A DNA stretch of 64,000 bases, from positions 2,282 to 66,281 of the forward strand of contig JAPXSY010000001.1 in NCBI GenBank assembly GCA_033812795.1, given 5' to 3'. The notes under the pieces were generated by a model. It ran no database searches. It worked only from the letters and a program-made list of their open reading frames with translations, and was not told the origin of the DNA. Numbering within the stretch: the first letter of the stretch is position 1; each line of letters begins with the position of its first letter. Source of the DNA: Kiritimatiellia bacterium (GTDB lineage: Bacteria; Verrucomicrobiota; Kiritimatiellia; RFP12; UBA1067). Position numbers and translations under genes: made by a program. Positions 48,291 through 57,737 of this stretch are shown here, one piece after another.

Positions 48291-49922
48291 TCATCGACAG
48301 AGTATCACGCCAATCGCCCACATGAACACGAAAATCGCTAATGAGACGAGAAAGGTTAAAAGGACGCCACGGCCGACATCGCGGCCGTCGGCACGGACGA
48401 GCGAACGGAAGCGGGCGATCGTCTCCGGCTTCTCGGGACGCGTCAGGAACGTCGCCGCAAGCCACACCACCGTCGTCACGCCGATCGTCAGTAAAAGGCG
48501 TTTCCAGAAAACGAGCGGTACCGCGAATGACGGCCAGACAAGCTGGAAGAAACACGCGCAGAGGATCGACGCCCCCATCGCGGCGATTTCCGTCCAGGCG
48601 TTGATGCGCATCCAGAACCACCGCAGGAGAAACACCGCGCCGGTGCCCGCGCCGACCATCACCATCAGGTCGAATCCTGCCTTCGCGTCCGCAATGAACG
48701 GCACCAGCAGACAGCCCGCGAGCATCAGCCCAACCGAGGTCCAGCGCGCGACGCGGATCAGTTCCCGCCCGTCCGCCTGCGGACGCACGAACCGCACCCA
48801 CACATCGTTGGCAACGTAGTTCGCGCCCATCGAGAGATGCGCGGCGATCGTCGAGAACAAAGCCCCCATCAAGGACGCCGCAACGAGTCCGAGCCAGCCC
48901 GCCGGCACGAACTTGATCATCGCCGGATACGCCATATCGTTGCCGACGAGTGCAGGATCGACATCCGGAAACGCCGCGCGTATGGACGCAAGGTCGGGAA
49001 AGACAAGGATGGAGGCGAAGGCGGTGATATACCACGGCCACGGGCGGAGCGCGTACTGTACGATCTGCGCGAAAAGCGTCCCGCCGAGCGCGTGGTTCGG
49101 CGTCTTTGCCGTCAACATGCGTTGGACGATGTAACCGCCGCCGCCCGGCTCCGAACCCGAATACCACACGTTCCACCACTGAATCGCGACCGGCACGATG
49201 AAAACCGCAATGGCGGTGTCCAGATCATCGAATCGCGGCAGGAAGTCGAGCTTCGGACGGATCGCGGCGTTCTGCATCAGCGCCGCCCATCCGCCGACCT
49301 CAGGTTGCGATAACGCGAATGCGGTCACCGCCACCGCGCCGACCATGATCAACGTGAAAAGATAGAAGTCGGCGTAGATCGTTCCGCGGATGCCGCCGAT
49401 CATCGAATAGGCGATGCTGGCGACAGCCGTAACCGCGAGGATCGTCCAGACAGGCACACCGAAAAGAACGGCCCCCAGCTTCACCGCCCCGAGAAGAACG
49501 GTCGCCATCACGATCACGTTGTAGATGACGCCGAGATAAACGGCGCGGAAGGCGCGGAGAAACGCCGCCGGCTTCCCCGAATATCGCAATTCGTAGAACG
49601 CGATGTCCGTCGTCGCTCCCGACCGGTGCCAGAGCTTCGCATAGACGAAGACCGTGAGGACGCCGCCCGTGAGAAACGACCACCAAACCCAGTTGCCAGC
49701 GAGTCCATTTTCCCGAATTAACTGGGTGAACAGATTCGCCGAGTTGGTCGACGTCATCGCGGCCACCATCGAGATGCCGATCAACCACCAGGGCATTGAA
49801 CGCCCCGACTGGAAAAAGTCGGAAGATGTGTGCGCGCGACGCCGGTTGGCGAACGCCGGTATCGCGAGCAACACGACAAAAAACGCTACGGTCACCAACC
49901 AGTCTGCCAGTGCGAATCTCAT
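48291..49922 (-). CDS. Sodium:solute symporter family (SSF) transporter
   Basis: 13-14 TM helices; SSF-like segments (GRSMPWWLIGISMVAAMTSTNS, GGIRGTIYADF); the last gene of the operon. Confidence 0.85.
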   Translation of the reverse strand: MRFALADWLVTVAFFVVLLAIPAFANRRRAHTSSDFFQSGRSMPWWLIGISMVAAMTSTNSANLFTQLIRENGLAGNWVWWSFLTGGVLTVFVYAKLWHRSGATTDIAFYELRYSGKPAAFLRAFRAVYLGVIYNVIVMATVLLGAVKLGAVLFGVPVWTILAVTAVASIAYSMIGGIRGTIYADFYLFTLIMVGAVAVTAFALSQPEVGGWAALMQNAAIRPKLDFLPRFDDLDTAIAVFIVPVAIQWWNVWYSGSEPGGGGYIVQRMLTAKTPNHALGGTLFAQIVQYALRPWPWYITAFASILVFPDLASIRAAFPDVDPALVGNDMAYPAMIKFVPAGWLGLVAASLMGALFSTIAAHLSMGANYVANDVWVRFVRPQADGRELIRVARWTSVGLMLAGCLLVPFIADAKAGFDLMVMVGAGTGAVFLLRWFWMRINAWTEIAAMGASILCACFFQLVWPSFAVPLVFWKRLLLTIGVTTVVWLAATFLTRPEKPETIARFRSLVRADGRDVGRGVLLTFLVSLAIFVFMWAIGVILCR

Positions 49923-49931
49923 GACCCGTTG

Positions 49932-50897
49932 CTACTCCTGTCTAGCGTTCACGGATTCCGGTGCGAAGTCGTCGAGTTGGAACTTCCACTCGGGACGTGT
50001 ACGGAAGGGAGTCTTGAATGTTCTTTTCAGGACCCCCTTCTTCTCCAAATGGCAATAACATGCGACATCGCAGGCGCGTCCGCAGATTGAGCAGGTGTAG
50101 GAGTGCTGCGCCGGCGGATAAAAATAGATCGCGTCAAGGATCCGCTTCGCTTTCTCTGAATCGATCTCGGCCTCGCCCGCGATGATCGCAAGCCGGTCCT
50201 CGAAATCAGGGAAGGCCTCCGGCGGCATGAACGGATTCTTCGTGCCGTTCGCGCCGTTGTAATAGACGGCGCAACGCCACGGATCAACCTCGCCGGACTC
50301 TGGGTCAATACATTTGCCCGGACACCCCTTCACACATGCGCCGCACCTGTCGCAAAGATGCGGCGTCACCACCTGATCCGGCTCAAGTTCAGCATCCGTC
50401 AAGATGAAGCACGTCCGCTGCATCGGCCCGAAATCGTCCGTCAGGAGCGCACCGTGGAAGCCGCGTTCACCGAGTCCGCACCGCACCGCCGCATCCGTGA
50501 AGTCGAACTGCGGCTCCTCGACGCGTCCGCGCGCAATCGCGTCATAGGCGACTTCCGGGTTCATGCCATCCTCCGCCTCCATGATCGTCTGGTGGCGGCG
50601 TTGGGGCACGGCCGTGAAGCCCTTGGACTCGATCCGATTCGCCAGCCTCACAAGCGCGATCGGCATCACCGTCTCCTCCATGTTCTCGACGGACATCGTC
50701 GTATACTGGTAGTAGGTCGTTCCCTCCTCGGTACCGCGATAGCTACCGCGAAGGCACCGGAACGCCAAACCGATGACACTCTTCACCTGCGGATAGATCC
50801 TGAAAATCTTGTGATCCGCCGGGAACCGCGACGCAGGCGCGACGCCAACCAGATCCGCGCCGCATTCTTTAGCCAACTTCAGAAGTTCGTGCTTCAC
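49932..50897 (-). CDS. QueG/RdhA-superfamily Fe-S protein paralog 1 (epoxyqueuosine-reductase-like; two ferredoxin-type Cys motifs)
   Basis: N-terminus LKLAKECGADLVGVAPASRF resembles the QueG N-terminal region. Cys motifs are CDRCGACVKGCPGKC and CSICGRACDVACYC. It is 321 aa with no room for a C-terminal HEAT-like tRNA-binding region. Confidence 0.65.
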   Translation of the reverse strand: MKHELLKLAKECGADLVGVAPASRFPADHKIFRIYPQVKSVIGLAFRCLRGSYRGTEEGTTYYQYTTMSVENMEETVMPIALVRLANRIESKGFTAVPQRRHQTIMEAEDGMNPEVAYDAIARGRVEEPQFDFTDAAVRCGLGERGFHGALLTDDFGPMQRTCFILTDAELEPDQVVTPHLCDRCGACVKGCPGKCIDPESGEVDPWRCAVYYNGANGTKNPFMPPEAFPDFEDRLAIIAGEAEIDSEKAKRILDAIYFYPPAQHSYTCSICGRACDVACYCHLEKKGVLKRTFKTPFRTRPEWKFQLDDFAPESVNARQE

Positions 50898-51682
50898 AAC
50901 TTCACCCCCTTGATGTGCTCCCAGCAGGCGACGTCACACTTGCGTCCGCACAGGCACGCTTGATACCCCCACTGCGTTCGCGGCAACGAATAACCGCGTG
51001 CCTTGTTGTAATGCTCCCAGCACTTCCACGAGTCGAGTCCCTTCTCCACGTCGATGCATCCGGCATCGCACGCCTTCACGCAGGCATCACAGCCCGCGCA
51101 GAGATCGTCCGCGTACGGCGCGTTCGTCTCAAGCGGAGCGTCGGTGATGATGAAGGCATAGCGCATGAACGGACCGTACTCGCGATTGATGACGCGTCCG
51201 TACCTGCCGGGCATGCCGATGCCGCACGCCCGAGCGGCCTTGCCGAAGTCGATCATGACGTCCGGCGGCGGCTTGCCCGGCTCGACCGCTTCCGCATGGG
51301 CAAGCTCGTAGACGCCGATCATCTCGGGGTTCGCGGTCTTGTCGCCCTTGACGCGGAGGTTCGGCGTCGTCCGTTGCAGGCACGCGTCATAACCGGCGTC
51401 TTCAATGATCGAAGCCATCTTGAAGAGAAAAATATCGAAGTATTCCTCATCAATCGCTTTCACGCCGAGTGTCGTATACGCATAGAACTGCGATTCGTCC
51501 TTCATCGTCTTGTATAGACCCTTCGGAACGGGAATGCCAAAACCGATGATCGCCTGCGCCTTCGGGCAGACCTGCTTCGGATCGTGGCGCGGATCCTCTC
51601 CCTCGAACAGCTTCAGATCTCCGACGCCGAACATAGCCGCCCCGAGTTCACGCGCCACCTGCTCAATCGTTTCTCGATTCAT
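50894..51682 (-). CDS. QueG/RdhA-superfamily Fe-S protein paralog 2
   Basis: N-terminus EQVARELGAAMFGVGDL; Cys motifs CAGCDACVKACDAGC and CLCGRKCDVAC; 262 aa; ATGA start/stop overlap with paralog 1. Confidence 0.65.
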   Translation of the reverse strand: MNRETIEQVARELGAAMFGVGDLKLFEGEDPRHDPKQVCPKAQAIIGFGIPVPKGLYKTMKDESQFYAYTTLGVKAIDEEYFDIFLFKMASIIEDAGYDACLQRTTPNLRVKGDKTANPEMIGVYELAHAEAVEPGKPPPDVMIDFGKAARACGIGMPGRYGRVINREYGPFMRYAFIITDAPLETNAPYADDLCAGCDACVKACDAGCIDVEKGLDSWKCWEHYNKARGYSLPRTQWGYQACLCGRKCDVACWEHIKGVKL

Positions 51683-51701
51683 CTTCCCTCACCTCAACCC
51701 G

Positions 51702-52787
51702 TTACCTGTCCATTTTCCACGCCTTCGGACGTGTACGGAGCGGATTCTTAAACCGGCCGTGTAGACAGCCGCCCGGTTTCTCGAGCATCTCGACACAAGC
51801 GCGGATACAGCCGCCGCACTTGGCCATGTTGTAGCCGACCCAGCTCGGGAAGTACTTTGCCAACGCCCGGTAGACCTTCATGATCTCTTGTTCACTCGCA
51901 TCGGTTTTACCTGCGAACAGATCAAGGTCACCGTCCTTGTTTTCGTCCCAGACCTCTTTGGGAACGAACGGATTGTAGTAACGTCCGGCGTGAGTATAGA
52001 AGGCATAGCACTTCCACATGTCGATATCGCCCCACTCCATCTTGTAGTCGCCGATCGAAGCCGTACACTTCTTGCCAGATTTAATCTCAGGAATGCAATT
52101 CCCCGGGCACTCGCGCACACACGCCCCGCACCGGCGGCAGAGCGGCTTGCCGTTGTAGATCTCGTCATACTCGTCGAACTCAGCATCCGTGAACAGAAAC
52201 GCGACGCGCTGCAAGGGGCCGAACTCCGGCGTCAGCAGCATCTTCGACCACCCGATTTCGCCGAGACCGCAGGCAACCGCGCAGATGCGGAACTGGAACT
52301 GCAAGTCCGGCGGGACGTTCTCGCCCGGACGCGTCGCGCGGGTGAAGTCAACGGAACGGTGATGCGCCGTCGAATCCTTCGCGTTCTCACTCACCTCGAT
52401 CTGTTCCTCAGGAGAGAGCTTCGCGTCCTCCGATCCGTCCATATCGCTGACACATCCACGCGCGCCGGTGTTGCGGTAGACAAACGCCTCGTAGCCCGCG
52501 TCCTCGATCGCCTTGCCGACATGGTACAGGGTCGCCGGCGCAAGGATCTCGTTGATGCCGCCGTAGGCCATCGACGGATACTGGTAGAACTGCGTCCCCT
52601 CCTCAATGCCGCGCTGTACGCCGCGCGGGATACGAAAGACGAGACCAACCATCGATTTGCAGTTCGGGAACAGGAACGTCGGATTCATCTCGTCCGGCGC
52701 ATCGCTCATGCGCGAAATCGGCGCGATGCCGCAATTATCGGCGCCGGCCTTTTTGGCAATCTCCTTGATTCGTTTTGCTGAAAGCAT
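51702..52787 (-). CDS. QueG/RdhA-superfamily Fe-S protein paralog 3
   Basis: Start chosen at ATG 52787 with GGAGG SD 5 nt upstream (MLSAKRIKEIAKKAGADNCGIAP). Cys motifs are CRRCGACVRECPGNC and CGGCIRACVEM...GGC. The start is 1 nt after the upstream gene stop. Confidence 0.65.
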   Translation of the reverse strand: MLSAKRIKEIAKKAGADNCGIAPISRMSDAPDEMNPTFLFPNCKSMVGLVFRIPRGVQRGIEEGTQFYQYPSMAYGGINEILAPATLYHVGKAIEDAGYEAFVYRNTGARGCVSDMDGSEDAKLSPEEQIEVSENAKDSTAHHRSVDFTRATRPGENVPPDLQFQFRICAVACGLGEIGWSKMLLTPEFGPLQRVAFLFTDAEFDEYDEIYNGKPLCRRCGACVRECPGNCIPEIKSGKKCTASIGDYKMEWGDIDMWKCYAFYTHAGRYYNPFVPKEVWDENKDGDLDLFAGKTDASEQEIMKVYRALAKYFPSWVGYNMAKCGGCIRACVEMLEKPGGCLHGRFKNPLRTRPKAWKMDR

Positions 52788-52788
52788 G

Positions 52789-53646
52789 TTACCTCCAAAG
52801 TGCCGAATGATCGGGTTCGAGCAGCCCCTTGATCTCTCCGAGATGCGATCCGGTCGCATAGGACTCCAGGATACGGACAGGATGCGCGTTAATGCGCGTG
52901 GCGAGCTTCATCGCCGTGCAGAGCCCTTCGTACTTCGTCACGCTTTCCGGTTCAATCCAGTTCGTCCGTTCCATCCACTTCGCGCGGTTCTCCGGTTTGG
53001 CAAGCCACTCCCAGCACATTCCCCGGTACACGTACCCGTTATCCTTCTGTGCGATCTCCGTTTCGTGCGCGACAAGATTATCGTGGAACATGTGGGCCGA
53101 GCAGTGGTTGAGGCATCCGGAATTCGCAAGGATGAAGAGCTCCTTGCCGTAGGCATCGCACCACGTCTTCGCCGCGCGCACGGCATCGAGATCGCGGTTG
53201 AGTTCACGCTTCAGGTAGTATCCGTCAAAAACGTCAGCAAGATACTCCATGCCTTCGATCGTTCCGATCTCCATGTTCACCGATGCACGCGTCTTCAGCT
53301 CCGGGAAATTATCTTTCACGAACTTCGCGATAAGCGGAGAAGTCGTCGTCACGCCCTCAAGCGATCCATCCGCGGCAAAACGTTCCACGGTTTCGCCGAT
53401 ATGGGAAAAAAGCGACTTCGCAAGCGACTCGCCACCATAACAGGTCGCGTTGAAAAGGAGGTGCAGCGGCAATCCCGCTTCCGCCATCCGGCCGAGGTCG
53501 TCGAGCAGGCGGTCCTCCGACCTGATCACGGCACGCCCCGATGCCCAACCGGAAGCCGCGAAGTACACGTCGTGCATGACGTCCTTACGCGCGATAATCG
53601 CTTCGATCCACGCCGCATCATCCTGATACCCCACACTGAATTTCAT
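52789..53646 (-). CDS. Cys-containing hypothetical protein, tentatively peptidase-U32-family-like (RlhA/TrhP/UbiU-type fold)
   Basis: N-terminus MKFSVGYQDDAAWIEAIIARKDVMHDVYFAAS loosely follows the U32 N-terminal pattern (ELLAPAG...AAI.AGADAVY.G). Conserved Cys at ATCYGG, NSGCLNHCS and GMCW. It is the first gene of the operon. The family assignment is weak. Confidence 0.5.
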   Translation of the reverse strand: MKFSVGYQDDAAWIEAIIARKDVMHDVYFAASGWASGRAVIRSEDRLLDDLGRMAEAGLPLHLLFNATCYGGESLAKSLFSHIGETVERFAADGSLEGVTTTSPLIAKFVKDNFPELKTRASVNMEIGTIEGMEYLADVFDGYYLKRELNRDLDAVRAAKTWCDAYGKELFILANSGCLNHCSAHMFHDNLVAHETEIAQKDNGYVYRGMCWEWLAKPENRAKWMERTNWIEPESVTKYEGLCTAMKLATRINAHPVRILESYATGSHLGEIKGLLEPDHSALWR

Positions 53647-53758
53647 GTGTCTATCTTACCGCAATTCATCGACGTTCATTTACACAAATGCGCATTATAT
53701 TTTGCACTAAAGCGAATATGCGATTGTGCCAAATCAGGAATTTTGGTTGAATGCGGGT

Positions 53759-54937
53759 ATGAAACGGGCCTCCGCTGCATCCGGTATACCCAGAGTTCTG
53801 GTGACCATTCCGACGGCGAATTTCACGCACCGGAAAGTTTTGGAGGGCATTCTCGACTACGCCCGAATCAAGGGGCCTTGGCAGTTTCACCTCAATACCG
53901 GAGACATCGCGGTACAGGACATGAAACGGGTCGATAACTGGAAGTGCTCCGGCATCATTGCCTTGTCCTCAAACAAGGCTGTGCTGAGACGGCTCGTGCG
54001 GTTCCGCAAGCCGACGGTTTTCATCAATCCGCCGGACGCGGGGAACGTCCCGCCGCGCGGCTGCGTATTCGTCCGGCGCGACGACCGCAACCTCGGACGT
54101 GTCGCGGCGGAATACTTCATCTCCGGCGGTTTCCGATCCTTCGCCTTTGTCGGTGCCAGCCGTCCGGCGGCTTGGTCAGATGATCGGCGGGACGGATTTA
54201 CAACTCGGCTCGCACAAGAAGGCTTCACCTGCATCGACTACGGCTCCGTCACGCCGGAAGAGAGCGCGGACGCCGCCATTGAAGCGCCGCGGCTTTTAAC
54301 ATGGCTCAAGACGCTCCCGCGTCAGACCGCACTTTTTACCGTAAAAGACATCCGCGGGCAGCAGATATTATCCGCGTGCCTCGACGCCTCAATCCGCGTT
54401 CCGGAGGATCTCGCCGTGCTCTCGACGGATAACGACCCAGTCCTCTGCGACACGGTATCGCCGCCTTTGTCGTCGATTTCCCTGGATGGCGAAAATACCG
54501 GAAAACTATGCGCCGGAATCCTCGACGACCTGCTCCATGGGAAAAAAGTCGAACCTGTCGTCAGCATCATGTGCCCACGCATCATCACACGCCGATCCTC
54601 CGATGTAACCGCCGTCGAAGATCCGCTCCTCGCACGGGCGCTTGATTATGTCCGCGCCCATCTTGACGAACCCTTCCGAATCGGTAAACTCGCAAGCGAG
54701 ACGGGGATTTCGGTTCGTACGATCCAACTCAGGGCGCGCAAACAGTTCGGGCACCCCTTCCGTGAGGAAATTCGTCGGTTGCGTCTTGCCAAGGCCATTT
54801 CGCTTCTTTCCAACACAGATCTTCCGGCCGCCGACATCGCAGCGATGTGCGGGTTCTGTAGCGGAAGCCATCTCTCACGCGCTGTAAAGGACGCCTTCGG
54901 ATACCCGCCAAGCACATTCCGGCCGAAACCGACATGA
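53759..54937 (+). CDS. XylR-type regulator: periplasmic-binding-protein-like sugar-binding domain fused to AraC HTH
   Basis: N-terminal LacI/PBP-type fold (RVLVTIPTANFTHRKVLEGILDYARIKG...). C-terminal AraC HTH (LASETGISVRTIQLRARKQFG...AAMCGFCSGSHLSRAVKDAFGYPPSTFR). It is transcribed divergently from the operon across a 112-bp AT-rich gap. ATG 53759 was preferred over the GTG 53726 of the track. Confidence 0.8.
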   Translation: MKRASAASGIPRVLVTIPTANFTHRKVLEGILDYARIKGPWQFHLNTGDIAVQDMKRVDNWKCSGIIALSSNKAVLRRLVRFRKPTVFINPPDAGNVPPRGCVFVRRDDRNLGRVAAEYFISGGFRSFAFVGASRPAAWSDDRRDGFTTRLAQEGFTCIDYGSVTPEESADAAIEAPRLLTWLKTLPRQTALFTVKDIRGQQILSACLDASIRVPEDLAVLSTDNDPVLCDTVSPPLSSISLDGENTGKLCAGILDDLLHGKKVEPVVSIMCPRIITRRSSDVTAVEDPLLARALDYVRAHLDEPFRIGKLASETGISVRTIQLRARKQFGHPFREEIRRLRLAKAISLLSNTDLPAADIAAMCGFCSGSHLSRAVKDAFGYPPSTFRPKPT

Positions 54938-54981
54938 CATCCCCGCAGCTCTTTGGTTTGGTAACAGTAGGGCTGATTTTT

Positions 54982-55023
54982 GGCTGAAATGGACTTCTTC
55001 CGGTTTCTGGAATGTGTTACAGT
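54982..55023 (+). promoter_or_regulatory. Conserved 42-bp upstream motif, copy 2 (GGCTGAAATGGACTTCTTCCGGTTTCTGGAATGTGTTACAGT)
   Basis: 40 of 42 nt identical to 22478..22519; ends 38 nt before ATG 55062. Confidence 0.55.
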
Positions 55024-55061
55024 GCCACGAGTTGCGGTATAACATGTGGCGAGAAGAAACA

Positions 55062-56549
55062 ATGAAACGTCATTTGATTGAATGTGGCTGGCTGGCGGCG
55101 CTGCTGTGCGGGATGGTTGCGGGCGCGCCGGTGGCCGTGAATGGCGCCGATGATTCCGGGCGTGCAGTTGCGAAGCTGATCGAGGTCTCGCGGAAGCATC
55201 CGCGCTACTTCGTCGAGGGCGCCACGGAGAAAACATGGATTCCGATCGGCTGCAACATCTGCTTTGCCCGGCTCAACGTCTCGGACGCCGAGGTGCGCGC
55301 GAACTTCGAACGCTGGCTGCGGCGCTTTGCCGCGAACGGCGGCAACTGCATCCGCCTCTGGGCCGGACACCGCTCGCTTGAGGTGATGCCCGAGAAGCCC
55401 GGCGTGTGGGACGCCGAGAAAACGAAGACGATGAAGGGCATCATCGCCCTCTGCGAGGAGCTCGGCATCAAGGTGAAGATCACCTTCGAGAGCTTCCGCA
55501 TGTGTCTCTCCCCCGAGGTGCAGGCGAAGACGGCGCAGCCGAAGGTGAACTTCGACTACAACGGCATCTTCAACCGTCCGCTCTACGCGCCGTACGCAAA
55601 GAACGTCGCCGAGTTCTTCCGTTCGCCGGAGTGCCGCGCGATCTACCTCCGCAAGGCGCAGTATTTCAAGGACCTTGGCTTCGCCGATTCGCCTGCGGTC
55701 TACTGTTGGGAACTCTGGAACGAGATCAACTGCTGCGGCTCGATCGCCCAGTATTCGGAATGGTCCGAGTGGGCGCTCGCCGAGTTGAAGCGGATGTTCC
55801 CGCGTCAACTCACGGTCAACAACCTCGGCAGCTTCTCTGACGTGGGTGCCTATCAGATGTATGACGCGCTCGCGCAGGAGAAGGGTAACGACTTCATGCA
55901 GATTCACCGCTACCTCGACGCAGGCGCCTGTCTTGATGCCTGCCGCGCGTCGATGGACGTGGTGGCCGCGAGCGCGACGCGCGAACTGCTCGACCGCTCG
56001 CCGAAGCCCGCGATCGTCGCCGAGATCGGCGCCGTCCAGGCGAACCACGCCGGCCCCTTCCCCTACTACCCCTTTGACAAGGAGGGCACGCTGCTGCACG
56101 ACGCCGTCTTCGCGGCGTTCTTCGCGGGTTCGGCGGGTTGCGGCCAGTTCTGGCACTGGGACCACCAGTACATCGATGGCAACAACCTCTGGTGGCATTT
56201 CGGGCGCTTTGCGAAGGCGATCGAGGGCCTTGACCCCGTCGCCGAAGAGATGAAGCCGTTCTACACGGAATCGCGGCGGTTACGGATGTACGGTCTGCGC
56301 GGGAAGAAGACGTCCATTGTCTGGTGCCGCGACAAGGTCAGCGACTGGCGGAGTGAACTCGTCGAGGGAAACCACGCACAGGTCCTCTCGGACCAGGACG
56401 TGCCGTTCCGGAACTGCGACCTCGACTGCTATCTGCCCTGGGAGGACCGCCGGGTCACGGTCAAGGCGCCGCGGTTGCCGGCGTTCCGTCGTTCGATCGT
56501 CGTCCGCGTGCCCTCCACAGCCGTCGAGGGCGTGGTCCGTCCGCACTGA
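55062..56549 (+). CDS. Secreted clan GH-A glycoside hydrolase, GH5-like (mannanase/cellulase-type)
   Basis: Signal peptide MKRHLIECGWLAALLCGMVAGAPVAVNG; acid/base motif YCWELWNEIN; nucleophile region near IVAEIGAVQ. The track ORF start 55014 lies inside the upstream motif and was rejected. Confidence 0.8.
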   Translation: MKRHLIECGWLAALLCGMVAGAPVAVNGADDSGRAVAKLIEVSRKHPRYFVEGATEKTWIPIGCNICFARLNVSDAEVRANFERWLRRFAANGGNCIRLWAGHRSLEVMPEKPGVWDAEKTKTMKGIIALCEELGIKVKITFESFRMCLSPEVQAKTAQPKVNFDYNGIFNRPLYAPYAKNVAEFFRSPECRAIYLRKAQYFKDLGFADSPAVYCWELWNEINCCGSIAQYSEWSEWALAELKRMFPRQLTVNNLGSFSDVGAYQMYDALAQEKGNDFMQIHRYLDAGACLDACRASMDVVAASATRELLDRSPKPAIVAEIGAVQANHAGPFPYYPFDKEGTLLHDAVFAAFFAGSAGCGQFWHWDHQYIDGNNLWWHFGRFAKAIEGLDPVAEEMKPFYTESRRLRMYGLRGKKTSIVWCRDKVSDWRSELVEGNHAQVLSDQDVPFRNCDLDCYLPWEDRRVTVKAPRLPAFRRSIVVRVPSTAVEGVVRPH

Positions 56550-56598
56550 GGAGTGAAATGAATCGAATCCAATCAGAGTCCTGCGCTATACTAATGGC

Positions 56599-57735
56599 AT
56601 GAATGTGATGCGCTCCCCCTTTGTCACCCTTGTGTTGATCGCCATGCTCGCGTTTCTGGCGCTGCAGTTCCGGGAGGTGCGGCAGCGCGCTGTGTCCGCA
56701 CCGTCCTCTCCTGCAACGGGCTCGGTGCCGATGTCCGCAAGACCGCATGCGCCAGAGGCGGAGCGACCCTGTCCCGAGACCGACGCCATCGCGGTTTATA
56801 AACGCGTCTCGCCCTCGGTGGTGGCCGTGGCCAACCACGCGCTGATCCGGCGCGGGTTCTTCGGATTCCAATTGTACGAGGTGCCACAGGGCGCGGGCTC
56901 CGGTTTCGTGTGGGACAAGAAGGGCCATATCGTCAGTAATTACCATGTGGTGCATCAAGCCAGCACACTGACCGTTACCTTCCCGGATGGATCACGGTAT
57001 GACGCCGCACTGGTCGGTATCGCGCCGGATTATGATTTGGCGGTGCTGAGGATCAACGCACCCCCCGAGAAACTCGTGCCGGTCACGGTCGCCACCTCAC
57101 GCGCGTTGCAGGTCGGACAGCAGGTTTACGCGATCGGCAACCCGTTTGGTCTCGACACCACCCTATCGGCCGGTCTGGTCAGCGCACTCGGCCGCACCAT
57201 CACCTCCATGACCGACCGCAAGATTTACGATGTCATCCAGACCGACACCGCGATCAATCCCGGCAACTCCGGCGGTCCCCTGCTTTCCTCATCCGGCAGG
57301 CTAGTGGGGGTCAACACCGCGATCCTTAGCCCGAGTGGCGCGTATGCCGGCATTGGCTTCGCGGTCCCCTCGGACACCGTGTCCCGCGTGGTGCCGCAAC
57401 TCATTGAGAAGGGCCGGGTCACGCGTGCCGGACTCGGCGTGTATCTGTTGCCCGATCATGTGACCGCACGCGCGGGCATCGCGGGCGTGGCCCTGTACGC
57501 GGTTGCGGAACGAACACCCGCCGCACGCGCAGGTCTTGAAGGGATCGGCGTCAGTCGGCTCGGAGATCTGATTTTCGGCGATGTGATCCAAGCCGTGGAC
57601 GGAATCCCGGTGGGCACGATCGAAGAGCTACAGGCCGTCCTCGACCCCCGTCGGCCGGGCGAACAAGTCCGGCTAACCGTTGCCCGTAACGGCAAACGGC
57701 GGGATGTGACCCTGACGCTGATCGAAGAGGAGTGA
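56599..57735 (+). CDS. HtrA/DegP-family trypsin-like serine protease (S1C) with a PDZ domain
   Basis: Catalytic His (VSNYHVV), Asp (YDLAVLRI) and Ser (GNSGGPL) contexts; C-terminal PDZ; N-terminal TM anchor. Confidence 0.9.
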   Translation: MNVMRSPFVTLVLIAMLAFLALQFREVRQRAVSAPSSPATGSVPMSARPHAPEAERPCPETDAIAVYKRVSPSVVAVANHALIRRGFFGFQLYEVPQGAGSGFVWDKKGHIVSNYHVVHQASTLTVTFPDGSRYDAALVGIAPDYDLAVLRINAPPEKLVPVTVATSRALQVGQQVYAIGNPFGLDTTLSAGLVSALGRTITSMTDRKIYDVIQTDTAINPGNSGGPLLSSSGRLVGVNTAILSPSGAYAGIGFAVPSDTVSRVVPQLIEKGRVTRAGLGVYLLPDHVTARAGIAGVALYAVAERTPAARAGLEGIGVSRLGDLIFGDVIQAVDGIPVGTIEELQAVLDPRRPGEQVRLTVARNGKRRDVTLTLIEEE

Positions 57736-57737
57736 CC

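Noticed and set aside
55014-55061. Upstream start (55014) for the GH5-like gene given by the ORF track
   Set aside because: The start codon lies inside the conserved 42-bp upstream motif. The signal peptide begins at the ATG 55062 (MKRHLIECGWLAALLC...).
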